Notes under the pieces: generated by a model
What the model was told of the DNA's origin: nothing
Database searches by the model: none
Seen by the model: only the letters and a program-made list of their open reading frames with translations
In this document: positions 14,305 through 21,716 of the stretch, one piece after another
How the letters are laid out: each line of letters begins with the position of its first letter
Position numbering within the stretch: position 1 is the first letter of the stretch
Assembly: GCA_043803405.1 (NCBI GenBank)
Contig: JAZDKB010000009.1
Span: 192,001 to 256,000, forward strand
Length of the DNA: 64,000 nucleotides
Direction of reading: 5' to 3'
Source of the DNA: Spirochaetota bacterium
GTDB taxonomy: Bacteria; Spirochaetota; UBA4802; JAFGDQ01
Translations under genes and position numbers: made by a program

Positions 14305-14547
14305 ATGATGGATAAAATATATATGAACTATTTGCAATTTACGGATTTTCGGAATAAATCAAAAGAATATTTCGACAAAGTCGAACACGGCAGCTCTTAT
14401 ATAATTATCAGGAAAGGTAAACCAATTGCGAAAATCATGCCTTTTAATGAAACGATTACCGGCTGGAAGAGAGAAAATAAAAAAATTAAATTAAAAAGCA
14501 ACAAAACATCGCTGGAATATATTTTACAGGAAAGAAATGAAAAATGA
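14305..14547 (+). CDS. Phd/YefM-family antitoxin (start may be ATG14323)
   Basis: FTDFRNKSKEYFDKVEHG...IIIRKGKPIAKIMP; ATGA overlap with the toxin gene. Confidence 0.9.
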   Translation: MMDKIYMNYLQFTDFRNKSKEYFDKVEHGSSYIIIRKGKPIAKIMPFNETITGWKRENKKIKLKSNKTSLEYILQERNEK

Positions 14548-14972
14548 ATTTCTTTTTTGATACGTCCGCTTTAATAAAAAAATATATAATTGAAAACGGA
14601 TCGGACAAAGTTGATAAACTTCTTAATGAAGCGGAAAATGTATACATCTCGGCAATAACAGAAATTGAAACGTTCTCAACATTTAAAAGACTGCTAATTG
14701 AAAAAGCAATTGATAAGGAAGAATACGAAATATTAAAAAATGAATTTGAAACCGACTTCCAGTATTACAGCATTATAAACTTTGACAAAAGCATATCTTC
14801 GAATGCAAAATCTCTGATAGAAAAATATCAATTAAAAAGCCTTGATTCAATACAATTAGGGACTGCCCTATATCTAAAAGATGAAATTGACTTTTTTGTC
14901 GTATGCGATGAGAAACTAATAAAATCCGGAAAACAGGAAGGATTAAAAGTCATCGATCCAAATAAAAAATAA
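14544..14972 (+). CDS. vapC: VapC PIN-domain toxin
   Basis: FFDTSALIKKY..E, TEIE, LKSLDSIQLGTA, CDEKL. Confidence 0.9.
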   Translation: MNFFFDTSALIKKYIIENGSDKVDKLLNEAENVYISAITEIETFSTFKRLLIEKAIDKEEYEILKNEFETDFQYYSIINFDKSISSNAKSLIEKYQLKSLDSIQLGTALYLKDEIDFFVVCDEKLIKSGKQEGLKVIDPNKK

Positions 14973-15003
14973 TTTTCTCATATAGTATTATAATTCTTTA
15001 GAT

Positions 15004-15477
15004 TTATCTCGAAAAAAATCCTGTTAAAGCCGCTTTATCCAGTATGTGCGATTTAATTTCCTTCAATAAATTTCTTTCGGATGTATGTCCCGACAACTTT
15101 ACTTTTTCAATATCCAGAGCATAAACCGTCGCAACATATCCATGCTTTCCGCTTCCTTGGGGAGGCTGCGGCCCGCCGTAACCCTTTTGCCCGAATGAAT
15201 TTGTTAATTCTATTGAGCCTGCCGGCATGCCGGATTTATTCGAACAATTCTCTTCAACCGAAGTTATATTTGATGGAACATTAATAAATATCCAGTGTAC
15301 CCAGTTTGAAGCTATTGGATGAATATCAATAATTGCCAATGCGAAAGATTTAACTCCGCCCGGAATCCCGGACCAGCTAAACTGAGGGGAGATATTCTGC
15401 CCGCCTGGTACCCCGATGTTTGCATACTTTACCGGAACAGATTGATTATCCTGGTACGAGGATGATATCAGTTTCAT
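15004..15477 (-). CDS. YbhB/YbcL family PEBP (Raf kinase inhibitor-like) protein
   Basis: NISPQFSW, SFALAIIDIHP, WVHW, GYGGPQPPQGSGKHGY, YALD; GGAGG RBS before ATG15477. Confidence 0.9.
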   Translation of the reverse strand: MKLISSSYQDNQSVPVKYANIGVPGGQNISPQFSWSGIPGGVKSFALAIIDIHPIASNWVHWIFINVPSNITSVEENCSNKSGMPAGSIELTNSFGQKGYGGPQPPQGSGKHGYVATVYALDIEKVKLSGHTSERNLLKEIKSHILDKAALTGFFSR

Positions 15478-15493
15478 ACTGCCTCCTGAACTA

Positions 15494-16837
15494 TTAAGCC
15501 ATTTTTTTAACCACAACAAGTGTTATATCGTCAACCTGAGTGGACTGATAAGATTTAATGTCATTCATAATATTCTGCACAATATTATTCAGCGGCAGAT
15601 GATAATTCCTTTTAAATGACTCAATAATACGTTTCTCTCCGAACAGTTCATCGCTTGCGGATTTTGCTTCAGAAGCGCCGTCCGTGTAAAGCAAAATCAT
15701 GTCCCCTTTGCTGACAGGAATCTCCTGATCCGTTGTAAAATTTTCAATATCATCGGAGATTCCTATCCATGTTCCGTTTGTCGATATTGTTTCCGGCACC
15801 GGCTCGTTATTTCTTTGGATAATAATGTCCTGATGCAACCCCGCTGTTATTATTTTATCATCACACAATTTAATCACGGTTAATGTCATGTATCTTGTAC
15901 TGTCAAGACGCGCAAGATTCTTTCTTATTGCGGCATTTACGGAAACAAACAACCTTGACGGCATACATCCGGGTGTACGGTTCAGTATTGAAAAAATACT
16001 TGTCTGCGTCATCATCATAATGAGTCCCGAATCTACACCGTGACCGGATACATCGCCTATTGTGACCCACTTATCTCCGAGCTCAGTTTCGAAAAAGTCG
16101 TAATAATCGCCCCCTACTTCGTCAGCAGTTATCATAAGAGCCGATATCTGGTAATTACCGAGAGTGGTGTTTTTAGGAAGAATAGTAGTTTGTATTTTTT
16201 TTGCAAGCTCCATTTCACCCCATAGAGCATCTTTTGCCTCCCGCAACTGGGCCCTGAGATGAAATTCGTCTTTTATCAGCTTATGACGTACATAATTAAT
16301 ACTTACCGCAATTATAACAGTGCCGAACATAAAAAAAAGATTGTTGACGAGATTCGTTAATGCAAACTCCTGAGAGGCGATCACATTCAGTATCACATAT
16401 AAGGCGATCATCATAGTTCCATTTATTGCTGAATGTATAGGCTCCCATGGAAGAAGAAGGTTCACTCCTATTATCACGAGATTCATCCCAGCATAATAAC
16501 TCGAATCGAATCCGCCGAGATCGACGGTCATAATAGCTATTACTCCGCCTACTACAATGGTAACGAGATATCCATGAATGTACGACAACCTGCCGGGACT
16601 GGTTTTTTTTACCATAAAATACTGTAATACAGGGATGGCTGTAGCAACAATTCTGTAAAAAGCAAACCTGGGCAGAAGTTCTTCCGGCATTGTAAAAAAA
16701 TCCAAAATAAAAAAAACCGGAACCAGGGTAAAAGCAAGAGCAGTTAAAGTGATGGACCACTCGTGAATGATCGCGAACAAAAATTTCCTAAAAGGCAGAT
16801 CAACACTTGATATTTTATTTTCTGTTTTCCGGTTCAT
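15494..16837 (-). CDS. 6TM sensor (PhcS-like) fused to a SpoIIE/PP2C phosphatase (SiaA-like role)
   Basis: About 6 hydrophobic segments with LDFF..P..RF..YR, GGFDSSYYAG, NNLFF; coiled coil; VGGDYYD, GDVSGHG, LYTDG, DDIT. Confidence 0.85.
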   Translation of the reverse strand: MNRKTENKISSVDLPFRKFLFAIIHEWSITLTALAFTLVPVFFILDFFTMPEELLPRFAFYRIVATAIPVLQYFMVKKTSPGRLSYIHGYLVTIVVGGVIAIMTVDLGGFDSSYYAGMNLVIIGVNLLLPWEPIHSAINGTMMIALYVILNVIASQEFALTNLVNNLFFMFGTVIIAVSINYVRHKLIKDEFHLRAQLREAKDALWGEMELAKKIQTTILPKNTTLGNYQISALMITADEVGGDYYDFFETELGDKWVTIGDVSGHGVDSGLIMMMTQTSIFSILNRTPGCMPSRLFVSVNAAIRKNLARLDSTRYMTLTVIKLCDDKIITAGLHQDIIIQRNNEPVPETISTNGTWIGISDDIENFTTDQEIPVSKGDMILLYTDGASEAKSASDELFGEKRIIESFKRNYHLPLNNIVQNIMNDIKSYQSTQVDDITLVVVKKMA

Positions 16838-16848
16838 ACTACCGTCGC

Positions 16849-18240
16849 TTAAGCTTTTGTCGCAGTAAGAAACATCTGCGAGTTTGTATCTTCGAATATA
16901 ATATTTACATCTTTCGCATCCGTATCTTTTAACAACGACATAAATTCATCCTCTGTCCTGTAGTAAAGAACCCAGTCGTGCCAGTATTCCATGAACCACC
17001 GGCTCCTGTTCCTGAAATGGTAATTCCCGACAAATAATTTTCCACCGGGTTCCAGTAATGAATAAAGTTTTTCCGCGACCGCCTTTGCCACAGGAGGGGT
17101 CAGGTAATCGAACAGACCCATTGAATATATATAATTAAATTTACCCCATTCTTCAGAGAGATCCTTTGTCCGTAGCATAGTCCTGACTGAGTCCTTCAGG
17201 TAAGACACATGTATTTTGTAACCTATTTTTTTCTCAATATCGCGAATGATCTCCGAAGCATCCTTTATGGCTTCATCATCCTGGTCAAGAAGCGTGCAGT
17301 GAAATGATTTCACATCATCCTCGTTTTTAAAAATATCATTCAATTCAAATGCCGGGCCGCAGGCAACGGACATAAATCTGAAAACTCCATTTACTGTTTT
17401 ACGGAATTCATTGTTGACATCCCTGAGTACCTGAGGTATCAGCACGCGCCTGTTCCTTACAGCCTGTGCCGCGGGATGTTCAATTGAAATTTTATATAGA
17501 ATCATTGAAAAGGTATCTGCACCCCTGAACCCGTTTTCATATATCATTTCCATTGTTTCGGAATCGCCTACATAACCTCTCGGCTTCAGGTTGCTTCGCA
17601 GCATGAACGCGGAACAGGCAATAACATCCCATAACTGTTTTCTGAGATAAAAACCGTGTATTTCATGTTCTTCACGGGAATAATTCTTTATTATGGATTC
17701 AAGTTCGGAGATATAATCGGAAAAAAAGTCCATAAACTTTTTCCCTTCAGTGCCGATTATGGTAAGAAATACATGATCCCTGATAGATTTGATTTCTTTA
17801 GCAAGCGATTTGTCCAGTTCGTCAAAAAACTGTTTATAAACTTTCATGTCAAAAGAAACTCTGGATACATAATCTTTAAAAGCATCAGATACCCTCTCTT
17901 TCTGGGAAAGTATCAAATAGAGATCCTTTGAAAGCTTCTCAAGATTTAATAATTCCCTGCTCGCAAAGAGCACATCAAAATTGAAAACATCATTAAGGAA
18001 AATGAGTCTTCCATTTGTCCCTGAAGGATTAGTTTCCAGAATAAACTCGCAGCCTCCCAGATTTAAAGTCCTGTCATCAATTTGTAAGTCAAGGGAGGTA
18101 AATCTTTCTCCATCCCTGATATGCCAGCTGCTGTCAAACCTGATATATATTGAAAATCTGGAAGCATGGTGCAGCGTGCAGGGAATGGAGTACTTATCTG
18201 ATTTTAATGTCCCATTAAAACTGATGCCCTTATTTTCCAT
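16849..18240 (-). CDS. phcB: Class I SAM methyltransferase, PhcB-like (3-hydroxy fatty acid methyl ester signal synthase family)
   Basis: KPRGYVGD, AQAVRNRR, SVACGPA, LLDQD, IYSMGLFDYL, GNYH, EYWHDWVLYYR; 463 aa with an N-terminal beta-rich extension. Confidence 0.65.
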   Translation of the reverse strand: MENKGISFNGTLKSDKYSIPCTLHHASRFSIYIRFDSSWHIRDGERFTSLDLQIDDRTLNLGGCEFILETNPSGTNGRLIFLNDVFNFDVLFASRELLNLEKLSKDLYLILSQKERVSDAFKDYVSRVSFDMKVYKQFFDELDKSLAKEIKSIRDHVFLTIIGTEGKKFMDFFSDYISELESIIKNYSREEHEIHGFYLRKQLWDVIACSAFMLRSNLKPRGYVGDSETMEMIYENGFRGADTFSMILYKISIEHPAAQAVRNRRVLIPQVLRDVNNEFRKTVNGVFRFMSVACGPAFELNDIFKNEDDVKSFHCTLLDQDDEAIKDASEIIRDIEKKIGYKIHVSYLKDSVRTMLRTKDLSEEWGKFNYIYSMGLFDYLTPPVAKAVAEKLYSLLEPGGKLFVGNYHFRNRSRWFMEYWHDWVLYYRTEDEFMSLLKDTDAKDVNIIFEDTNSQMFLTATKA

Positions 18241-18241
18241 T

Positions 18242-18616
18242 TTATTCCATACCTTTAATTTGTATTCTGCGATCTTTGGTTTCGAATATTTTTAATGCGG
18301 AAAAACAAAGCTCCTGCCATTTTTTTGATTTTTTATAATTGATGGATATAGAACAGGTTTTATCCTTGGCATTTTCCAGAATTCTAATAAGCGGGGTAAT
18401 TGTTGAAGAATTCATATATTCAAGAGATTCGAAATTCATAACGACTCTTTTATTGAATTTACTGCTGTATTGCAGCGACTCAAGAAGGATGGGCGTAATA
18501 AAATGCCCCGGCTCCCTTTCTGTGCTTTTTCCACTGAACATTATCTCTATCGTTGAAGGTTTTTCCTGGACATCTATTGTCAGCAGATTACTTTTATGAG
18601 TTTCATTATTTTTCAT
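18242..18616 (-). CDS. SiaC/DUF1987-like STAS-type phosphoacceptor (anti-anti-sigma-like)
   Basis: FSGKSTEREPGHFITP, FESLEYMNSSTITPL (STAS/SiaC phospho-loop), KWQ; 124 aa. Confidence 0.7.
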   Translation of the reverse strand: MKNNETHKSNLLTIDVQEKPSTIEIMFSGKSTEREPGHFITPILLESLQYSSKFNKRVVMNFESLEYMNSSTITPLIRILENAKDKTCSISINYKKSKKWQELCFSALKIFETKDRRIQIKGME

Positions 18617-19120
18617 TTAATCTTTCCTCCTTCTGGACAGATGATAAACTGCTGATACAGATATTACATTGTCATCATTCACATAAAAATCAATCACAGA
18701 CTGCCCTTCGTAAGCAATACGCACTATTCCTAAACCGCTCATATTATCATTTAAAGGCTGAAGGGCAATATCCTTGATTTTTGCTATATAAGCTTCAAAA
18801 GGATTCTGAAATCCGCGAACCCATTGGACAATCCTGTCCAGTCTTTTGAAATGCATATCGTCCTGTTCCCTGACAGGGCTTTTTACTTCCACTGTAATAA
18901 TCCGTTCAGCCGGAGTAACCGAAGCATAAATGTCGGGGCATTTATCTGTAAAGCATCCATACTTAACGGCATTCTCGACAAGTTCGCTAATGGTCATTAT
19001 TATAGCATCTCTTATGACATCATTGCATCCTTTCGATTTTAGAAATTCATCGGCACTGTTCCTGATTATTTCAATATTTTCCCATACAGGTTTAATTTTA
19101 ACTTCAAAGATATCATTCAT
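18617..19120 (-). CDS. SiaB/RsbW-like GHKL Ser/Thr kinase (anti-sigma-factor type)
   Basis: SELVENAVKYG (N-box), SGLGIVRIAYEG (G2); 167 aa; GGAG RBS. Confidence 0.8.
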   Translation of the reverse strand: MNDIFEVKIKPVWENIEIIRNSADEFLKSKGCNDVIRDAIIMTISELVENAVKYGCFTDKCPDIYASVTPAERIITVEVKSPVREQDDMHFKRLDRIVQWVRGFQNPFEAYIAKIKDIALQPLNDNMSGLGIVRIAYEGQSVIDFYVNDDNVISVSAVYHLSRRRKD

Positions 19121-19177
19121 TTGCTGCTCCTGAAATATCAGTATTATGATAATTCATAAACCTAGCAAAATAGAACA

Positions 19178-19296
19178 CAGGCATACGCCTGCGACAGACC
19201 TTCGGTATACATGCTTCATTATGTTTTGAGGCGTTATTGGTGGGTTCTTAGATCTAAAGGCTTTTATCCCTGACACAAATGTCCGGGCATAACGCC
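19178..19296 (-). ncRNA. Candidate structured 5' leader (cis-regulatory RNA) of the kinase-STAS-methyltransferase operon
   Basis: GC-rich island in an AT-rich intergenic region; GGCGTTAT/ATAACGCC outer stem (19230-37/19289-96); internal hairpin CCCgGACA-TTTG-TGTCaGGG; downstream CAGGC-GTAT-GCCTG hairpin. Confidence 0.4.
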
Positions 19297-19336
19297 ATTG
19301 AAATACAAGTATAGCAGGTTACAGAAACAATAATAT

Positions 19337-19365
19337 ATTATACATTCCATATCTTACTTAATCAA
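19337..19365 (-). promoter_or_regulatory. Sigma70-type promoter of the minus-strand signalling operon
   Basis: TTGATT-17 bp-TATAAT on the minus strand, implying a ~210-nt 5' UTR. Confidence 0.65.
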
Positions 19366-19420
19366 GAAAAAAAATTAAATATCGCGGCAAAAACAAATTA
19401 GCTATTTATAAAAAAATTGT

Positions 19421-19462
19421 TTGTATTTTCTGACAGTTGTCACTATACTAATATAGTGACAA
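19421..19462 (+). promoter_or_regulatory. Promoter of the GGDEF-EAL gene with an overlapping 26-bp inverted-repeat operator
   Basis: TTGTAT(19421)-17 bp-TATACT(19444); IR TTGTCACTATA-ctaa-TATAGTGACAA at 19437-19462. Confidence 0.65.
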
Positions 19463-19600
19463 ATTAAACCTGCAATGTTTTATTTTTTTTCCGCAAGCAC
19501 TTAGAACAAATTATTATTTTAGTACCCACATTCAGCAAAAAGACTTATAAAATAATTTCACCTGCAAATTGAATATTTTAATATTTTAAAGAGGTTAACC

Positions 19601-21712
19601 TTGATCAATTATTCCCAAATGAGGATAGCTGTTAAAACAACTTTAGCAGCTGTGATTGTTATGTTTATTCCCTGCACTGCAGTGTCCGTCTTCCTGTACC
19701 GTTCGCGTATTTTAAGTATTAATGAATTTATAACCGGCATAATTATTACTTTTATTCTCGGCACAATAGCTTTGTACCTCCTGCTAAAAAGAACCATCCT
19801 GAAGCCTGTCGAAGAATTGAGAAACAAAACACTGGAGATTGGGAATACAAACAGTTTTAATTTAAGGCTGCCCGTAAAGGCAAAGAGCAATGATGAAATC
19901 TCGGCCCTGGCATCGGCATTCAATTCACTTCTTAATAAGATGTCCGAAACAAATTACGACCTGAGAAAAAAAATTGAAGACCAGAGCAGCATGCTCGAAA
20001 GAAGTATAAGAGAGAGGGTATCGTCATTAATGACAATGAACCAGGTACTCCTGTTGATGCAGGAAGTCTTTGAACATTCACTTGAAGGAATATACGTTAC
20101 CGATATAAAAGGAAAAATTATTAAAGTGAACCCGGCTTTCTCTGCTATTACCGGGTATTCGGAAGAAGAAGTAATCGGAAAAAATCCTAAAATTTTTCAT
20201 TCAGGTCTTCAGGAGACAAATTTCTATAAAGAAATGTGGCGTGATCTTGTCTCAAACGGGCGGTGGTCCGGAGAGATAACTAACCGCCATAAAGAAGGAA
20301 ATACTTATACTGAATGGTTATCAATCAGCGCCATACGTAATTCTCAGGAAGAAACAACAAATTACGTGGGAGTCTTTCATGATATCAGTGATCTGAAAAA
20401 AAAGGAAGAAATCATAGAACATCAGGCCTTCTATGATTCGCTGACCGGCCTCCCGAACAAGCTGCTTCTGAAAGACAGGATTGATAAAGGAATTGTAAAT
20501 GCCACAAGGGCCGGGAACCATCTGGGATTGATATTTTTTGATCTGGATAATTTTAAACAGATTAATGATACTATGGGGCATGCAGCGGGAGATGTTCTGC
20601 TTATAGAGGTCGCCGAACGTGTTAATTCCGTCACAAGAAGTTCCGACACCCTGTCAAGACTCGGGGGCGATGAATTCATGGTACTTGTTGAAAATATTGA
20701 AGATGCAAAACCGGTTGTAAACCTTGCGCAAAGAATAATTAGCTCTTTTCAGAATCCGTTCAATATTATTAACAACAAGTATCATGTAAGCGCAAGTATA
20801 GGGATTGCGTTTTTTCCGGAAGATGGCAAGGAATCGGAAACCCTTATCAGGAACGCGGATACGGCATTGTATAACGCAAAAGATGAATCGAAAGGAAGCA
20901 TTATGCTGTTTACATCTTCTTTCAATGAAAACGTGGCACGGAAACTCAAAATAGAAAATGATTTAAGGACCGCTATCAAGGAGAACAATTTCGAGCTTCA
21001 CTATCAGCCGAAACTCGATTTTAAGACTGGAAAAATTATTGGAGTTGAAGGCCTTGTCAGGATGAAAGAGAAGCAAAACCTGGTAAACCCTGTTGAATTT
21101 ATTCCTCTGGCAGAAGAAACAGGGCTCATTATTGAGATTGACAGGATTGTAATGGACATTGGGTTCAATGAAATCAGCATTCTTTTTGAGGAACTGGGAA
21201 TTTCGCTTAACCTTGCTCTGAATTGCTCCACAAAGGCGTTATACCTGAAAACTTTTCCGGATGCACTCTTCTGGTCACTGGAGAATTACCTGGTTAAACC
21301 GGAAAATTTTGAACTTGAAGTAACAGAAACTACAATCATGAAAAATTATAATGAATCTCTGCAAATGCTATTTCATCTCAGGAATATGGGTATTAAAATT
21401 TCTCTGGACGATTTCGGCACAGGTTATTCATCACTTGCACAGATGAGAAACCTGCCGATAAATTGTATTAAGATTGACAGAAGCTTTATATGCGACCTGG
21501 AAAAAAACAGGAATAATGCTTTTATTCTTGAGTTAATTATTTCCCTTTCACGAAAGATCGGCATTACGACTGTTGCCGAAGGAATTGAGAACGAAAATCA
21601 GTTTAACTTTTTAAAAGAAGCCGGATGTGATATTGCACAGGGATATTACATCAGCAAACCTCTTCCTTTGGATGAACTGAAGAAGTTCCTAACTTTACCG
21701 GCCCGGGGATAG
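19601..21712 (+). CDS. Membrane HAMP-PAS-GGDEF-EAL diguanylate cyclase/phosphodiesterase
   Basis: 2 TM, HAMP (DEISALASAFN), PAS, YDSLTGLPN, RSSD I-site + GGDEF, EGLVR, DDFGTGYSS, QGYY; TTG start with GAGG. Confidence 0.95.
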   Translation: MINYSQMRIAVKTTLAAVIVMFIPCTAVSVFLYRSRILSINEFITGIIITFILGTIALYLLLKRTILKPVEELRNKTLEIGNTNSFNLRLPVKAKSNDEISALASAFNSLLNKMSETNYDLRKKIEDQSSMLERSIRERVSSLMTMNQVLLLMQEVFEHSLEGIYVTDIKGKIIKVNPAFSAITGYSEEEVIGKNPKIFHSGLQETNFYKEMWRDLVSNGRWSGEITNRHKEGNTYTEWLSISAIRNSQEETTNYVGVFHDISDLKKKEEIIEHQAFYDSLTGLPNKLLLKDRIDKGIVNATRAGNHLGLIFFDLDNFKQINDTMGHAAGDVLLIEVAERVNSVTRSSDTLSRLGGDEFMVLVENIEDAKPVVNLAQRIISSFQNPFNIINNKYHVSASIGIAFFPEDGKESETLIRNADTALYNAKDESKGSIMLFTSSFNENVARKLKIENDLRTAIKENNFELHYQPKLDFKTGKIIGVEGLVRMKEKQNLVNPVEFIPLAEETGLIIEIDRIVMDIGFNEISILFEELGISLNLALNCSTKALYLKTFPDALFWSLENYLVKPENFELEVTETTIMKNYNESLQMLFHLRNMGIKISLDDFGTGYSSLAQMRNLPINCIKIDRSFICDLEKNRNNAFILELIISLSRKIGITTVAEGIENENQFNFLKEAGCDIAQGYYISKPLPLDELKKFLTLPARG

Positions 21713-21716
21713 TAAT

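Noticed and set aside
19230..19297. tRNA (8-bp terminal stem ending ...CGCCA on the + strand) or c-di-GMP-I riboswitch
   Set aside because: No T-arm or D-arm in the correct positions; lacks the GGCAAAC...GAAA...CGCAAA c-di-GMP-I core.
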